Part shown: piece by piece, positions 8,272 through 17,847 of the stretch
How the letters are laid out: each line of letters begins with the position of its first letter
Numbering within the stretch: the stretch's first letter is position 1
IMG/VR virus record: IMGVR_UViG_3300030397_000298
Length of the DNA stretch: 64,000 nucleotides
Direction: 5' to 3' (one strand)
DNA from: a virus
The notes under the pieces: model-generated
The model's database searches: none
The model's input: the letters and a program-made list of their open reading frames with translations, nothing else
What the model was told of the DNA's origin: nothing
Position numbers and translations under genes: made by a program

Positions 8272-9416
8272 TGGCAATATTAGAAGATCAGATACCAGAA
8301 GATATTATAGTACTTAGCGATCCTGCAAAGTTTAAATTTACCATGTCCGGTATTGTAAGTGTAAATTCTTATGGTAGATTCGGGTATCAGCTTCTAGATA
8401 CTTCTAATGAACCCATTACACAGCCTGAAGCCTGGACACCAAAAGAAGGCGTATCCTTCCCCCTATGGTTTTCTAAAGATCTACGGGAACGGGTGTATAC
8501 AGCGGTACCACAATGTACTGTACCTACCAGGACAGAACCGGAAATGGTATTAGATTATAAATTGAAATATTGGGAACAGATTTTCAATACTGATTCATGC
8601 GAATCTAGCGTAGTAGGGGAACAGGAAATAACCGGACTGACTATACTTAATTCTGCTAATCAGTTTTGGGGTAGATTAGAAAGGGATAACTATTTTCCAC
8701 TTACATACTACCCGCCGTTTTTAAAGATGTGTCCTGATCAGAAACAGTTATACTATCTGTACATTAAGAACCCGATAGATATAACTGTGAAGATCACTAC
8801 AGCAGATGGGACAGTACAAAATTCTACTACTGCTACCTATGGGGTAGGTGCGCACTCAATTGTACTAGATCCTGTGGCCCTGGGATCTGATGCAGATACG
8901 GATAGGATAGTTATAGACACACCGGACGCGGGACAGCCTACGGGACTAGATCAACTAGCTAGGGTGTATGTAAATGAATGCTGTGAAGAAAATATATCTG
9001 TAGCCTTCCAGTGTTTCGCAGGTGGTTATAAGTTCATGCATTTTGATTGTATCCAAAGGGAAAAATCTAAAGTTAAGGCTACGGAAATTTGCAGGTATGT
9101 AGAACCTTCAGAGTTTCCAAATGATGCAGAACTAACTACAGGCGGTCTTCATACCGGTGACATCAAATCTTTTAAGGAAATCACATTTATAAAGATCCTG
9201 AAAGAAGATAGTTTATCACATAGACGGTTTTATGAAAGTATGCTGAATAGTGGTTCGTTCTATTGGTATTTCATGGATGAATACAATGTAGAACAAATGG
9301 TAAAGATTCGTCCTAAGTCAGGATCATTAGTATATTATGAAAATGATGATTTACCAGAATTGAAAATGACATTTAGAATATCACAAGATTACCGGTATCC
9401 TAATTTTGTGATATGA
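8271..9416 (+). CDS. Putative tail (distal/baseplate) structural protein
   Basis: Beta-rich 381 aa; C-terminal VAFQCFAGGYKFMHF...FYESMLNSGSFYW resembles Bacteroidota siphovirus tail proteins; precedes the tail tip gene. Confidence 0.55.
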   Translation: MAILEDQIPEDIIVLSDPAKFKFTMSGIVSVNSYGRFGYQLLDTSNEPITQPEAWTPKEGVSFPLWFSKDLRERVYTAVPQCTVPTRTEPEMVLDYKLKYWEQIFNTDSCESSVVGEQEITGLTILNSANQFWGRLERDNYFPLTYYPPFLKMCPDQKQLYYLYIKNPIDITVKITTADGTVQNSTTATYGVGAHSIVLDPVALGSDADTDRIVIDTPDAGQPTGLDQLARVYVNECCEENISVAFQCFAGGYKFMHFDCIQREKSKVKATEICRYVEPSEFPNDAELTTGGLHTGDIKSFKEITFIKILKEDSLSHRRFYESMLNSGSFYWYFMDEYNVEQMVKIRPKSGSLVYYENDDLPELKMTFRISQDYRYPNFVI

Positions 9417-9583
9417 CCAGGGAACAGAAATTAGAAAATCTAGCTATTCTTAGAAGGGCTAATTTGATGGGGCCAATAACCTACGATTCATTGGTAGCGA
9501 ACGTAGGAACCATTGAAGAAGTCAGACTGAAGTATAATAGGAAAATGGTAGATGGATACGAAATAATATCAAAGAAGAAGTAA
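9413..9583 (+). CDS. Small hypothetical protein (56 aa, not in ORF track)
   Basis: MTREQKLENLAILRR...IISKKK*; ATGA overlap with upstream gene. Confidence 0.5.
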   Translation: MTREQKLENLAILRRANLMGPITYDSLVANVGTIEEVRLKYNRKMVDGYEIISKKK

Positions 9584-9623
9584 TTATAATTCCAGTTAAC
9601 GCCTAAACAGATTGCGTATGTAA

Positions 9624-12600
9624 ATGAGTTGTATACAAATACGGTTAGTAGATAGGCCTAGTCATGTAGGGCAGCGGCACGAATCACAGGACGGCTTTCT
9701 GTACCTGGATATGCCCGATGATTTCGATTACAGACAGGTAAGGCGGGTGACTGAACTAAGTGACATCTATAAGCTGAAGTTTGACTTTACAATAGAAGTA
9801 GATATAATCCCCACACCCAGGAATTACGCGATCCTGAAGAACTATTCTAATCCTAATGTACTAGATCCTTCACATCTTCTACCGGTGCCGGTACATCTTG
9901 TATCAGGATCACACGTATTAGAAGATAATGACCTGTATGTAACCAAGTGTACGAAGAAACAGATTACCGTAAAGATCAGATTAGGGCTGAACCATTGGGG
10001 TAGGAAATCCCAATCAGTAAAGCTTTGTGAATTGGATCTAGGGGAATTTACATTTTCATGTGACAATATTCTACAGGTAGTCGAAAATGATTACCTATAC
10101 CAGGATGGGAACGCCGGTATATGGTTCCCCGCCGCTGTATATGGTACACCTAGATCTGAATTTGATTATTCGCCCCTGGGTGTAATAGATATTAATTCAG
10201 TCAGGTACATCTTTCCCAGGGAATTTTTACGGCCCTGGTTCCATGCTACCTTCATGCTTCAGAAGCTTTTCTGTGAATTGGGGTATGAATTTTGTAGCCC
10301 TTTATTCGATTCAGATTTAGGTAGGACCATTGGACACTACATGATAGATAAGGCTTTCGGGACTAGTCAGATTTCAGAAGAGACAGTACCACCTTTCCCA
10401 GATCCAATAGAAACAAATAGGGTTAGATCCCTGGACGCTAGCGCTAGGTTATTGGGTGATACCATGCCCTACGTCTATCTTAATGGTACAGCTTCATATG
10501 TGCCCTTCTATGTAATCGATAATGACCCTGGTAGTCATATCAGTCAGCCTTTGACCGGTGCGTACTATTCGATCCCCCCAGGTGGTGAAAGCGGCTTAGT
10601 GGATGTGAACGGACAGGTAAGCTTCCAGGTGAAGCAGGATAACACCGTAGATCAAATTCTAAATAATACTTTCATATCTGAAGTGATTGTAAAAATTGGA
10701 TACCTGATAGAAGGTAATGATACTACGTTTAGGGTTCGATCATTGAAGGAAGAAACATTTCAATTAACCGGTGAAGAAGATGCCGTATATAATTTTTCCT
10801 TTGATTTTGAAGATGTACCCATAGTGGAAGGCGATATTTTCGGGGTGTGGTTTATAGCTAAGAATAGGGACAGATTCGATAGGGTAAATTTCAGTGGTGA
10901 AATCGATTATACAGGTAAGCGAATATTTCCTAGATCTGATGAAGTAGTAGAACTGTCTTCTATGATCGATTGTGAATTAACCGGAATTGATTACCTGAAG
11001 GAACTAGCTAGGGTTTTGAATCTGAAGATAGCAACTAATCCAGTTACCAGGAAGGTTACACTATACCCGCCCTATCTAGCTGATTGGTGGGGAACTACTG
11101 TAGAAGGTTTCTACATCGAAGAGGACATAGAGGACATAGCAGCTTTGATTAATCCGAAATCTAAGGATGTAGAAACGCCCGATCTAGGGCAACCTAGATG
11201 GAGATTACTAGGCTATGCTGATCATGAAAATGAAGCTATAAACCGTCTAGGACTTGCTAATGAATTATGGTCTAAGCGGGTAGATATGGGTAGCCAGTTT
11301 GCAGAAGAAGAACTAGACCTACGGGCAGAACTTCTAGAACCGGTTTATAATTTCCCATTACTGCATGTGCCTTGGTTCAGATCTACAGAAGACGGGCACG
11401 AACACACATTTGATATAGGACCGAACATCATATTTTTTCATGGTGATGTGGCACAGGAAATAGACGGGAAGACACCAAAGGAAACTAGAATATGTGGAAG
11501 GCGTAGCCTTAGAACGCCGGTAGCTTCAATGTTCGTACCACCAAACATTAGGCTAAGTCAAAATGGGACAGTAGCCCCTAGAACTATCATAGAACAAAAT
11601 TTAGTTTATGAAGCGAACAGGGAATTACTGAACCCTGGTAGAAGGACTAGTAGAACTTTCGCCCCAGGGGTGAATACTGAAGTAGTAGTAGAAAGTCCTG
11701 AAAAGAATCTGTACACCCTGGTATATAGAAGGTGGCTAGCTGAAGAGCTAACCGGACTGAAAATAGAATACCTGGTAGATTATTCTAAATTGGATTTCTT
11801 ATCTGAAGACTTCAGGAAGTTTAAATGTTTCATGCATCAGGGAAGGCCCATAAGGGTACGGCTTACCGAAATGCGAGACTTCAGGCATTGTAAGGATGGG
11901 CAAACGCCTATGAAATTCATACCACAGCTAGCTAGCGCTGATCAGAAAGATGTCCTTCAGGAAGTGATAGGTACGGTTAATTCCAATTGTCAGAATCAGC
12001 CGGTTATAGTTTGGACTAGGGACGAGACTACAGGATGTTATACCTTCACCATTGGGGGCACTAATAACGGTGCTATCCTGGGTGTGAGTTTCATCTATAC
12101 TACGGCCACTTCGAGCATACCGCAAATCATACCGAATACTTCCCCGATCACAGCCGAACTTTGTTTAAATAATGAGATCATAACCGTTACGGCTGTAGTC
12201 CAATATGAAGACCCCTGTAATCCTAAAACTACGCCACCGGTGTACCTGGATACATGTTCAGGAACCGGCTTTACGTTGAATATAAAAGAAGAATATACTT
12301 TCGGACCATTCACGTACTACTTATGTCCCGAATTGCTACAAGAAGATCCAACGGTACCGGTTACGATAGTATCAGCCTCTTATGAGGAATTTCACTTTAC
12401 CGTATTGACGCCTGAAGGGGATCTGACAGGGGGCATATCCCAGGGCGTCAATATTTACGATCCTAATACTACCAGGTGCTTAGAAGATTCACTATGGGAC
12501 ACCGGCGGGGATTATTATAAGGTTAGATTCGAATGGACCATAGAAACATACCCAGGATGTCCCCCGATCACTTTAACGGCCTTATATGAACCCCTGTACG

Positions 12601-13199
12601 CTGAAAACCGGTCCTTAGATTGTTCTGATACGAACGCATACCTAACCTATACAAAGCCTACGCCTACTACTGTTACTTTCAACATCGAAGGGGTGGTAAC
12701 CGGTGGGCCTGATTTATCAGATTCAGTTATCAGATATAGGGTATCAAATGATGGGGGTGTGACCTGGACAATTTGGAGTGATTGGGACGGTACACCGGTA
12801 GCCGGTGGTCTTATTGAAGCTAGACTGATTATAGAATGGGATAGCGATTTATGCCCCCATTATTTCTTTAATATTGCCATAGATATTAATGATTGTGATT
12901 GTTCAGAAATAGCCTTAATGGACGTGCAAATAGACTGCACCCCTGAAGGTCTTATGACGTATACAGTAAACACCGGTGGGGCTGTTTGTACTTTGCCACC
13001 ACTACAGGCTGTATCATGGCTTAAGGGCGATTTTCAAAGCGGTGTAGCTACTGAAATTGTAGGGAACGCCGGTACCCATCAGATCACAGAAGAAGGTGAT
13101 TATAAAGTAATTATCATATTCGAAAATGGATGTATTCTAGAAAGCCCTGTAATTGATATTCCATTTGCAGGTGATACAACAAACATAGCAGGAAAATGA
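9624..13199 (+). CDS. Tail tip / central fibre protein, 1191 aa, with C-terminal Cys-rich Ig-like modules
   Basis: N-terminal LDMPDDFDY...ELSDIYKLKFDFTIEVDIIPTPRN pattern typical of Bacteroidota phage tail tips; ends with EGDYKVIIIFENGCILESPVI. Confidence 0.7.
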   Translation: MSCIQIRLVDRPSHVGQRHESQDGFLYLDMPDDFDYRQVRRVTELSDIYKLKFDFTIEVDIIPTPRNYAILKNYSNPNVLDPSHLLPVPVHLVSGSHVLEDNDLYVTKCTKKQITVKIRLGLNHWGRKSQSVKLCELDLGEFTFSCDNILQVVENDYLYQDGNAGIWFPAAVYGTPRSEFDYSPLGVIDINSVRYIFPREFLRPWFHATFMLQKLFCELGYEFCSPLFDSDLGRTIGHYMIDKAFGTSQISEETVPPFPDPIETNRVRSLDASARLLGDTMPYVYLNGTASYVPFYVIDNDPGSHISQPLTGAYYSIPPGGESGLVDVNGQVSFQVKQDNTVDQILNNTFISEVIVKIGYLIEGNDTTFRVRSLKEETFQLTGEEDAVYNFSFDFEDVPIVEGDIFGVWFIAKNRDRFDRVNFSGEIDYTGKRIFPRSDEVVELSSMIDCELTGIDYLKELARVLNLKIATNPVTRKVTLYPPYLADWWGTTVEGFYIEEDIEDIAALINPKSKDVETPDLGQPRWRLLGYADHENEAINRLGLANELWSKRVDMGSQFAEEELDLRAELLEPVYNFPLLHVPWFRSTEDGHEHTFDIGPNIIFFHGDVAQEIDGKTPKETRICGRRSLRTPVASMFVPPNIRLSQNGTVAPRTIIEQNLVYEANRELLNPGRRTSRTFAPGVNTEVVVESPEKNLYTLVYRRWLAEELTGLKIEYLVDYSKLDFLSEDFRKFKCFMHQGRPIRVRLTEMRDFRHCKDGQTPMKFIPQLASADQKDVLQEVIGTVNSNCQNQPVIVWTRDETTGCYTFTIGGTNNGAILGVSFIYTTATSSIPQIIPNTSPITAELCLNNEIITVTAVVQYEDPCNPKTTPPVYLDTCSGTGFTLNIKEEYTFGPFTYYLCPELLQEDPTVPVTIVSASYEEFHFTVLTPEGDLTGGISQGVNIYDPNTTRCLEDSLWDTGGDYYKVRFEWTIETYPGCPPITLTALYEPLYAENRSLDCSDTNAYLTYTKPTPTTVTFNIEGVVTGGPDLSDSVIRYRVSNDGGVTWTIWSDWDGTPVAGGLIEARLIIEWDSDLCPHYFFNIAIDINDCDCSEIALMDVQIDCTPEGLMTYTVNTGGAVCTLPPLQAVSWLKGDFQSGVATEIVGNAGTHQITEEGDYKVIIIFENGCILESPVIDIPFAGDTTNIAGK

Positions 13200-14995
13200 A
13201 AGATGTAACTTATTTATACGTAATGGTGGTGGCACTGTATCTAATTGGATGTGGTGCCCCTTCCGAACCTGAAGTAGTGGCCCCTTCAAATATGGGTTTA
13301 CCGATTTGTATACAGGATGTGCTATTTCAAAATGAAACAGCAGGGGGAACGCTACGCCTGGAAGACCCCCCGCCTGGTCAAGATTCAGCGACCGTAGCCA
13401 ACATGTTACCATGTATTGTTTTCACCGGTTTAGAATTTGGTCCGTACTCATTTATCTATGAAGTATGTTCAGTGGCCCGCCCTGATATTTGCAAAAGTGA
13501 TACAGCCTATTTCTACCACATGGATATAGGTACCATAGTTCCTATTGATACTTTCGAAGTGTGCGAAGAAGACACGGTAGAAATTGTATTTGATAGTTTG
13601 TTCACTACTTACATAGTGGGGGCTGATGTGGAATTAGATACTAACTATATGATCGGTGATACTGTTTGTTGTCCTGGACAAATTACAGTTACCAGGACGC
13701 CGGTAAATCCTGATCCTTTAGTATACGTACTAGATCCTGCATGTGTACCGGAAACTTTCGAAGTGAATTTAAAATGTGTGTGCTGTACTATTGATACTAT
13801 AGATTGTGGTACCGGCTATGTAATAGATGGATTAGATTTTGTATTTGATTTGGACGGTGTAACGAATCAGGTAGATTGGACAGGTCCAGGGGGATTTACA
13901 GCTACGATCATACCGCCCGATTCTTTAACGATCAATGACCCAGACCCAGGTACTTATTATGCTACTTCCCTGGTAGGGCAGTGTACTACTACATATCAAA
14001 TAGAGGTCATAGAAGCCGCTGCCCCGTGTGTGGTCACCATTACGCCTACTTTGTTGGCCCCTACTAGCTGTAGTCAAATTACAGGCCTTCAGGCAGCTTC
14101 TACTAGTACCGGTACTTATGAATGGTCTACGGGTGCTACTACGGCTTACACAGCAGCCGGTGTAGGAACTTATACGGTTACATTGACTACTGTAGATGCA
14201 GTCTGTACAGAAACGGTTACCGTGCCCCCATGCAGTAGTAATACACTTACCGGATCTGCTTATATCGATGTGGATAATGACGGCCTTCAGGGACCGGATG
14301 ACTTACTAACTGTAAAGGAATTTTTTCTAATGGATGGGGCCACCGTTGTAACTAGCCAGACTGCTAGTACTTACAATTTTACAGGCCTGGGATGTGATAC
14401 TAGATCTATAAGAATAGATGACGCTGTATTCGATTGTCCTAGTGCTGTTCAATTTGTATTTTATACAGGGGATGGATTTACCCAAACTACATTTACAGGA
14501 ATTACTACCTTTTCAAATGTGGGTTCAGATGATGCTATAGATTTTGATTTTCCATTTTTACAATTTGGGGTACATTCTAAAACAGGATCATTTACAAGCT
14601 GTGGACAGACACTAGATTTTGATGCAGGGTATAGAGTAAATACTAGTATTCGTGGAATTGTATTTGGAGATAATAACGGGGATAATGTATATGACGTGGG
14701 GGACACTTTTATAAATCTAGCTAGCGTTCTTCTATTCGATGATGGGGGGACGAATATAGCCAGTACGGTTACCGGTGTAGATGGAAAGTATGCCTTTGTA
14801 AATATTCAGCCTGGATTTTATCATGTCAGATTTGATAGTACGCCGCCCCTGGGTTATACCGGTTTCGTAACTGCAAATGTGGGGGCTGATGATGGACTAG
14901 ATTCTGATGTTATAGACGCAGCGGGAAATACCGCACAAGTAAGACGCTATGTTTGTGATGATGATATTTCAGTAAGTGTAGGATATAAATTATAA
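13196..14995 (+). CDS. Lipoprotein adhesin with SprB-like repeats and SdrD-B domain(s)
   Basis: Lipobox LIG|C19; DWTGPGGF and YEWSTGATT repeats; IRGIVFGDNNGDNVYD...VTGVDGKYAFVNIQPGFYHVRF...DDGLDSD (SdrD_B-like). Confidence 0.8.
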   Translation: MKDVTYLYVMVVALYLIGCGAPSEPEVVAPSNMGLPICIQDVLFQNETAGGTLRLEDPPPGQDSATVANMLPCIVFTGLEFGPYSFIYEVCSVARPDICKSDTAYFYHMDIGTIVPIDTFEVCEEDTVEIVFDSLFTTYIVGADVELDTNYMIGDTVCCPGQITVTRTPVNPDPLVYVLDPACVPETFEVNLKCVCCTIDTIDCGTGYVIDGLDFVFDLDGVTNQVDWTGPGGFTATIIPPDSLTINDPDPGTYYATSLVGQCTTTYQIEVIEAAAPCVVTITPTLLAPTSCSQITGLQAASTSTGTYEWSTGATTAYTAAGVGTYTVTLTTVDAVCTETVTVPPCSSNTLTGSAYIDVDNDGLQGPDDLLTVKEFFLMDGATVVTSQTASTYNFTGLGCDTRSIRIDDAVFDCPSAVQFVFYTGDGFTQTTFTGITTFSNVGSDDAIDFDFPFLQFGVHSKTGSFTSCGQTLDFDAGYRVNTSIRGIVFGDNNGDNVYDVGDTFINLASVLLFDDGGTNIASTVTGVDGKYAFVNIQPGFYHVRFDSTPPLGYTGFVTANVGADDGLDSDVIDAAGNTAQVRRYVCDDDISVSVGYKL

Positions 14996-14996
14996 A

Positions 14997-15338
14997 ATGT
15001 ACGCAGTAGTAGACACTAGTGATTTTAGAGTAATAGCCACTTCGGAAACGAAACCGAATAGGGCGAAAGGTCATCTATTAGTGAAGGTAGATCAGGCGGG
15101 ATTATTCCAGTTAAAAAATATCTTTGCTAGAGATTTCAAAACGGTTACCAGGGTTGTAAAATGGACTACGGGACATCTTACTAATTCCGAAGTAGAACAC
15201 CTATCTAATCTAGTGAAGTCTAGTAATTGGTCTGAAGCTTTCAGGTTTCATAATTTGAAAGGGTTATCTGATTTTAACTATTGCTGTGAAGGTCAAGTAA
15301 ATCAATTTTTAATTAATTATAAATCTAATTTCCAATGA
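14997..15338 (+). CDS. Hypothetical protein; paralog of 15823-16020
   Basis: HNLKGLSDFNYCCEG. Confidence 0.65.
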   Translation: MYAVVDTSDFRVIATSETKPNRAKGHLLVKVDQAGLFQLKNIFARDFKTVTRVVKWTTGHLTNSEVEHLSNLVKSSNWSEAFRFHNLKGLSDFNYCCEGQVNQFLINYKSNFQ

Positions 15339-15823
15339 AATTAAAACTAACCTTAGTTGTTACGTTCATCCTATGTTCCTTCTGCATGTATGGACAGACT
15401 AATAAACAAAAGAAGCTTATTAAAGAAAGCTTAGAAGAGGGTATCATTTCACCTAGGGAAGCTGAAATTATGACTATCAGAATGGCAGCCGAACATGGGG
15501 AAGAAAAGCCTAGCGAATTACAAAGTAATGTAAGTGAAGCTATGTCTTCCGGTGCAATGACTGAACTTTTTGAAAAGTACTTAGAGGCCAAAGGCTATAC
15601 TAGCAGTTCTTTGAATCCACAACCGGCTAATTTAACGGCACCTTCTGAATTAAATTTAGGGGCTATTGTCGGGGACTTTTCAGAGATTCTAAACGGCTTC
15701 CTTCCGTTCGCTATAGATTTCTTTGCAAAGAATGATGTACCGTGCGGGATCTGTATTTTCAAGTGGGCCAAATTTGGAAAGGATCAGTATAGAAATAATC
15801 CCGAAATACGGGCACTGTTCTAA
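15335..15823 (+). CDS. Sec-exported protein (Gln at +1)
   Basis: MKLKLTLVVTFILCSFCMYG|QTN; contains PSEL, PANL, PSEL. Confidence 0.7.
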   Translation: MKLKLTLVVTFILCSFCMYGQTNKQKKLIKESLEEGIISPREAEIMTIRMAAEHGEEKPSELQSNVSEAMSSGAMTELFEKYLEAKGYTSSSLNPQPANLTAPSELNLGAIVGDFSEILNGFLPFAIDFFAKNDVPCGICIFKWAKFGKDQYRNNPEIRALF

Positions 15824-16020
15824 TGGTATGGAACTGGACAAGATTACCGAAGTCGGAATATCAGAAGGCAATTACAGCCGTAAAGAAAACTGATATTTCG
15901 ACTTTGTTAATACTGCACAACGATTACAAATTAAGTAACTATGATTATGGGTGTTGTGGATCAGCGGAAACCATTTTAGAACACTACAAAATAGCAATTG
16001 AAAAAGGGGTAATAAAATGA
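15823..16020 (+). CDS. Small hypothetical protein; paralog of 14997-15338 C-terminus
   Basis: HNDYKLSNYDYGCCGS. Confidence 0.65.
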   Translation: MVWNWTRLPKSEYQKAITAVKKTDISTLLILHNDYKLSNYDYGCCGSAETILEHYKIAIEKGVIK

Positions 16021-16289
16021 AGGACGATACGAAAAGAACAATTTATATAGAACTTTTTAAACGGTCTGGTTTCGAAATAGAAGAGTTACCAGGCAGTGCG
16101 TGGGCCTTACTGAAAGATGTAAGTTACCGGCACCTAATTGTAGGCATGGTACGGGAAGATAGACCCTTTATGTCTAAATCTGATCTGATGAAAAAATACG
16201 GTATTACTTTGGGGCAGCTAGACGCTATCCTATATCCCCATAATCCAGTAACCGGTACCCGATCTAGAAAACGTAAAATCAAAGTCTAG
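16017..16289 (+). CDS. Putative HTH DNA-binding protein
   Basis: SKSDLMKKYGITLGQLDAIL plus basic tail, just upstream of the head operon. Confidence 0.5.
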   Translation: MKDDTKRTIYIELFKRSGFEIEELPGSAWALLKDVSYRHLIVGMVREDRPFMSKSDLMKKYGITLGQLDAILYPHNPVTGTRSRKRKIKV

Positions 16290-16330
16290 GATATATTAAC
16301 AATACCTTCCATACGTGTTATTTTCGTTAG

Positions 16331-17209
16331 ATGGAAGAAATGTTAGTACTTCTACGCCTATTTCAAGGGCAAGAATTTCAAGTAGAACGGTTTTGGGCGA
16401 TTACTAAGCTTCAGAATATCCTATTAGCAAAACAGCTAGGAGCGAACGCCGAATTTTTCAAAGAACAAAAAGAGCGCCTTCTACAGGTGGCTATCTTTAA
16501 TTCAGAAGGCCGTCTAATGGAAGTTACCCAGGGTGCCCCTTCCGGTAATTCTGCTTCAGGATCTACAGCCGAAGTATTCATGGAAGGTATGATGACTTTA
16601 CAAGATACAATGTGTGCCCCTGGTATTCAGTCTTATGATAGGACGATGCGTAGCCTTTATTCTAATTCTGGAATAGAAGGAATTATATCTAGGGTAGATT
16701 CAGGCGGGGGACAGGCAGACGCCGGTAGCCATATGCTGAACACACAATTAGATAGAAATAAGCCGGTAGTTACACATACTACTTTCATGGCTTCAGCCGC
16801 CCTTAAGGGATCATTAGCCAGTGATAGAATCATAGCAGATTCAAAAGGTACTACAGTTGGATCTATAGGTACCATGTTTCAAATTTCAAAAGAACTTTTA
16901 CAAAGAAGTACTGATGATGATTTGACAATTTATTCTAAAAAGTCACCTAATAAAAATAGAGTGATTGAAGAACTGAAGCGGGGTAATGTAGAACCTATAA
17001 TTGAAAAGGTTACCCGTGCTGATGAAATGTTCATGGCCGAAGTTGAAAAACATAGAAACTTGAAAGGTGATGCTGAAGCAATTAAACACACACTATCAGG
17101 TGAAACTTTTGACGGTACCCAGGCAAAGCGAAGGGGATTAATTGACCAGATCGGAAGTATTGCAAAAGCCAGACAAGTTCTAAAACAAGAAATAAGATTT
17201 GCAAAATAA
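16331..17209 (+). CDS. Prohead protease, S49/ClpP-crotonase type
   Basis: GIISRVDSGGGQADA, MASAA, ADRIIA-like SDRIIAD, TVGSIGTM; precedes scaffold and capsid. Confidence 0.88.
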   Translation: MEEMLVLLRLFQGQEFQVERFWAITKLQNILLAKQLGANAEFFKEQKERLLQVAIFNSEGRLMEVTQGAPSGNSASGSTAEVFMEGMMTLQDTMCAPGIQSYDRTMRSLYSNSGIEGIISRVDSGGGQADAGSHMLNTQLDRNKPVVTHTTFMASAALKGSLASDRIIADSKGTTVGSIGTMFQISKELLQRSTDDDLTIYSKKSPNKNRVIEELKRGNVEPIIEKVTRADEMFMAEVEKHRNLKGDAEAIKHTLSGETFDGTQAKRRGLIDQIGSIAKARQVLKQEIRFAK

Positions 17210-17251
17210 ATTTTTCATTAATTAATTTTTTCTTAACTAAATTTTTCATTC

Positions 17252-17830
17252 ATGACTTGGTTACAAAAAATGATAGCAGCGGCTAACGAACGCTTCGGCG
17301 GTACGGAAAAGACGGGGCTAACATTAGAATCTAGCGAAGCGGAATTTTTGGAATTTATGCAAAAGACCCCTAGAGCTAGTGAAGTTAACACCATGATTTC
17401 GGAAAATGAAGTTATTAAAGGTCTAACGACGAAGCTAAAGGAGCTAGAAGACATAGACTTTTCAAAACTTCCTACTTCCGAAACTATGACCACAGCCATT
17501 AGTGAAGCAATGTCTAAATTGTTTGTAGGCGAAGACGGTAATTTCAAACATGATCTTATCGAAGCGTTTGTAGCATCTAAGATAGAGGCTTCCATAGGCA
17601 CACTGAAGGGGACGTTAGAAACATCTATCGCAGATTTGAAAACTTCCCTGACTACTGAAATTTCAAATTTGAAAACCGGAGCTTCAGGCGGCGCAAATCC
17701 GAACGGGGACGGCACACCAGGGGGTGAAGGCGAAGGGACACCACCTAACGGTGATGACAAAGGTAGGACTGTGAATATGTCTGACATGTTCAAAAAACCT
17801 ATCATCCCAGGCCTAGCCGGAATTGTTTAA
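17252..17830 (+). CDS. Capsid scaffolding protein
   Basis: Helical/coiled-coil with Gly-Pro linker, between protease and capsid. Confidence 0.7.
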   Translation: MTWLQKMIAAANERFGGTEKTGLTLESSEAEFLEFMQKTPRASEVNTMISENEVIKGLTTKLKELEDIDFSKLPTSETMTTAISEAMSKLFVGEDGNFKHDLIEAFVASKIEASIGTLKGTLETSIADLKTSLTTEISNLKTGASGGANPNGDGTPGGEGEGTPPNGDDKGRTVNMSDMFKKPIIPGLAGIV

Positions 17831-17847
17831 TTTTAATTTAACTTAAA

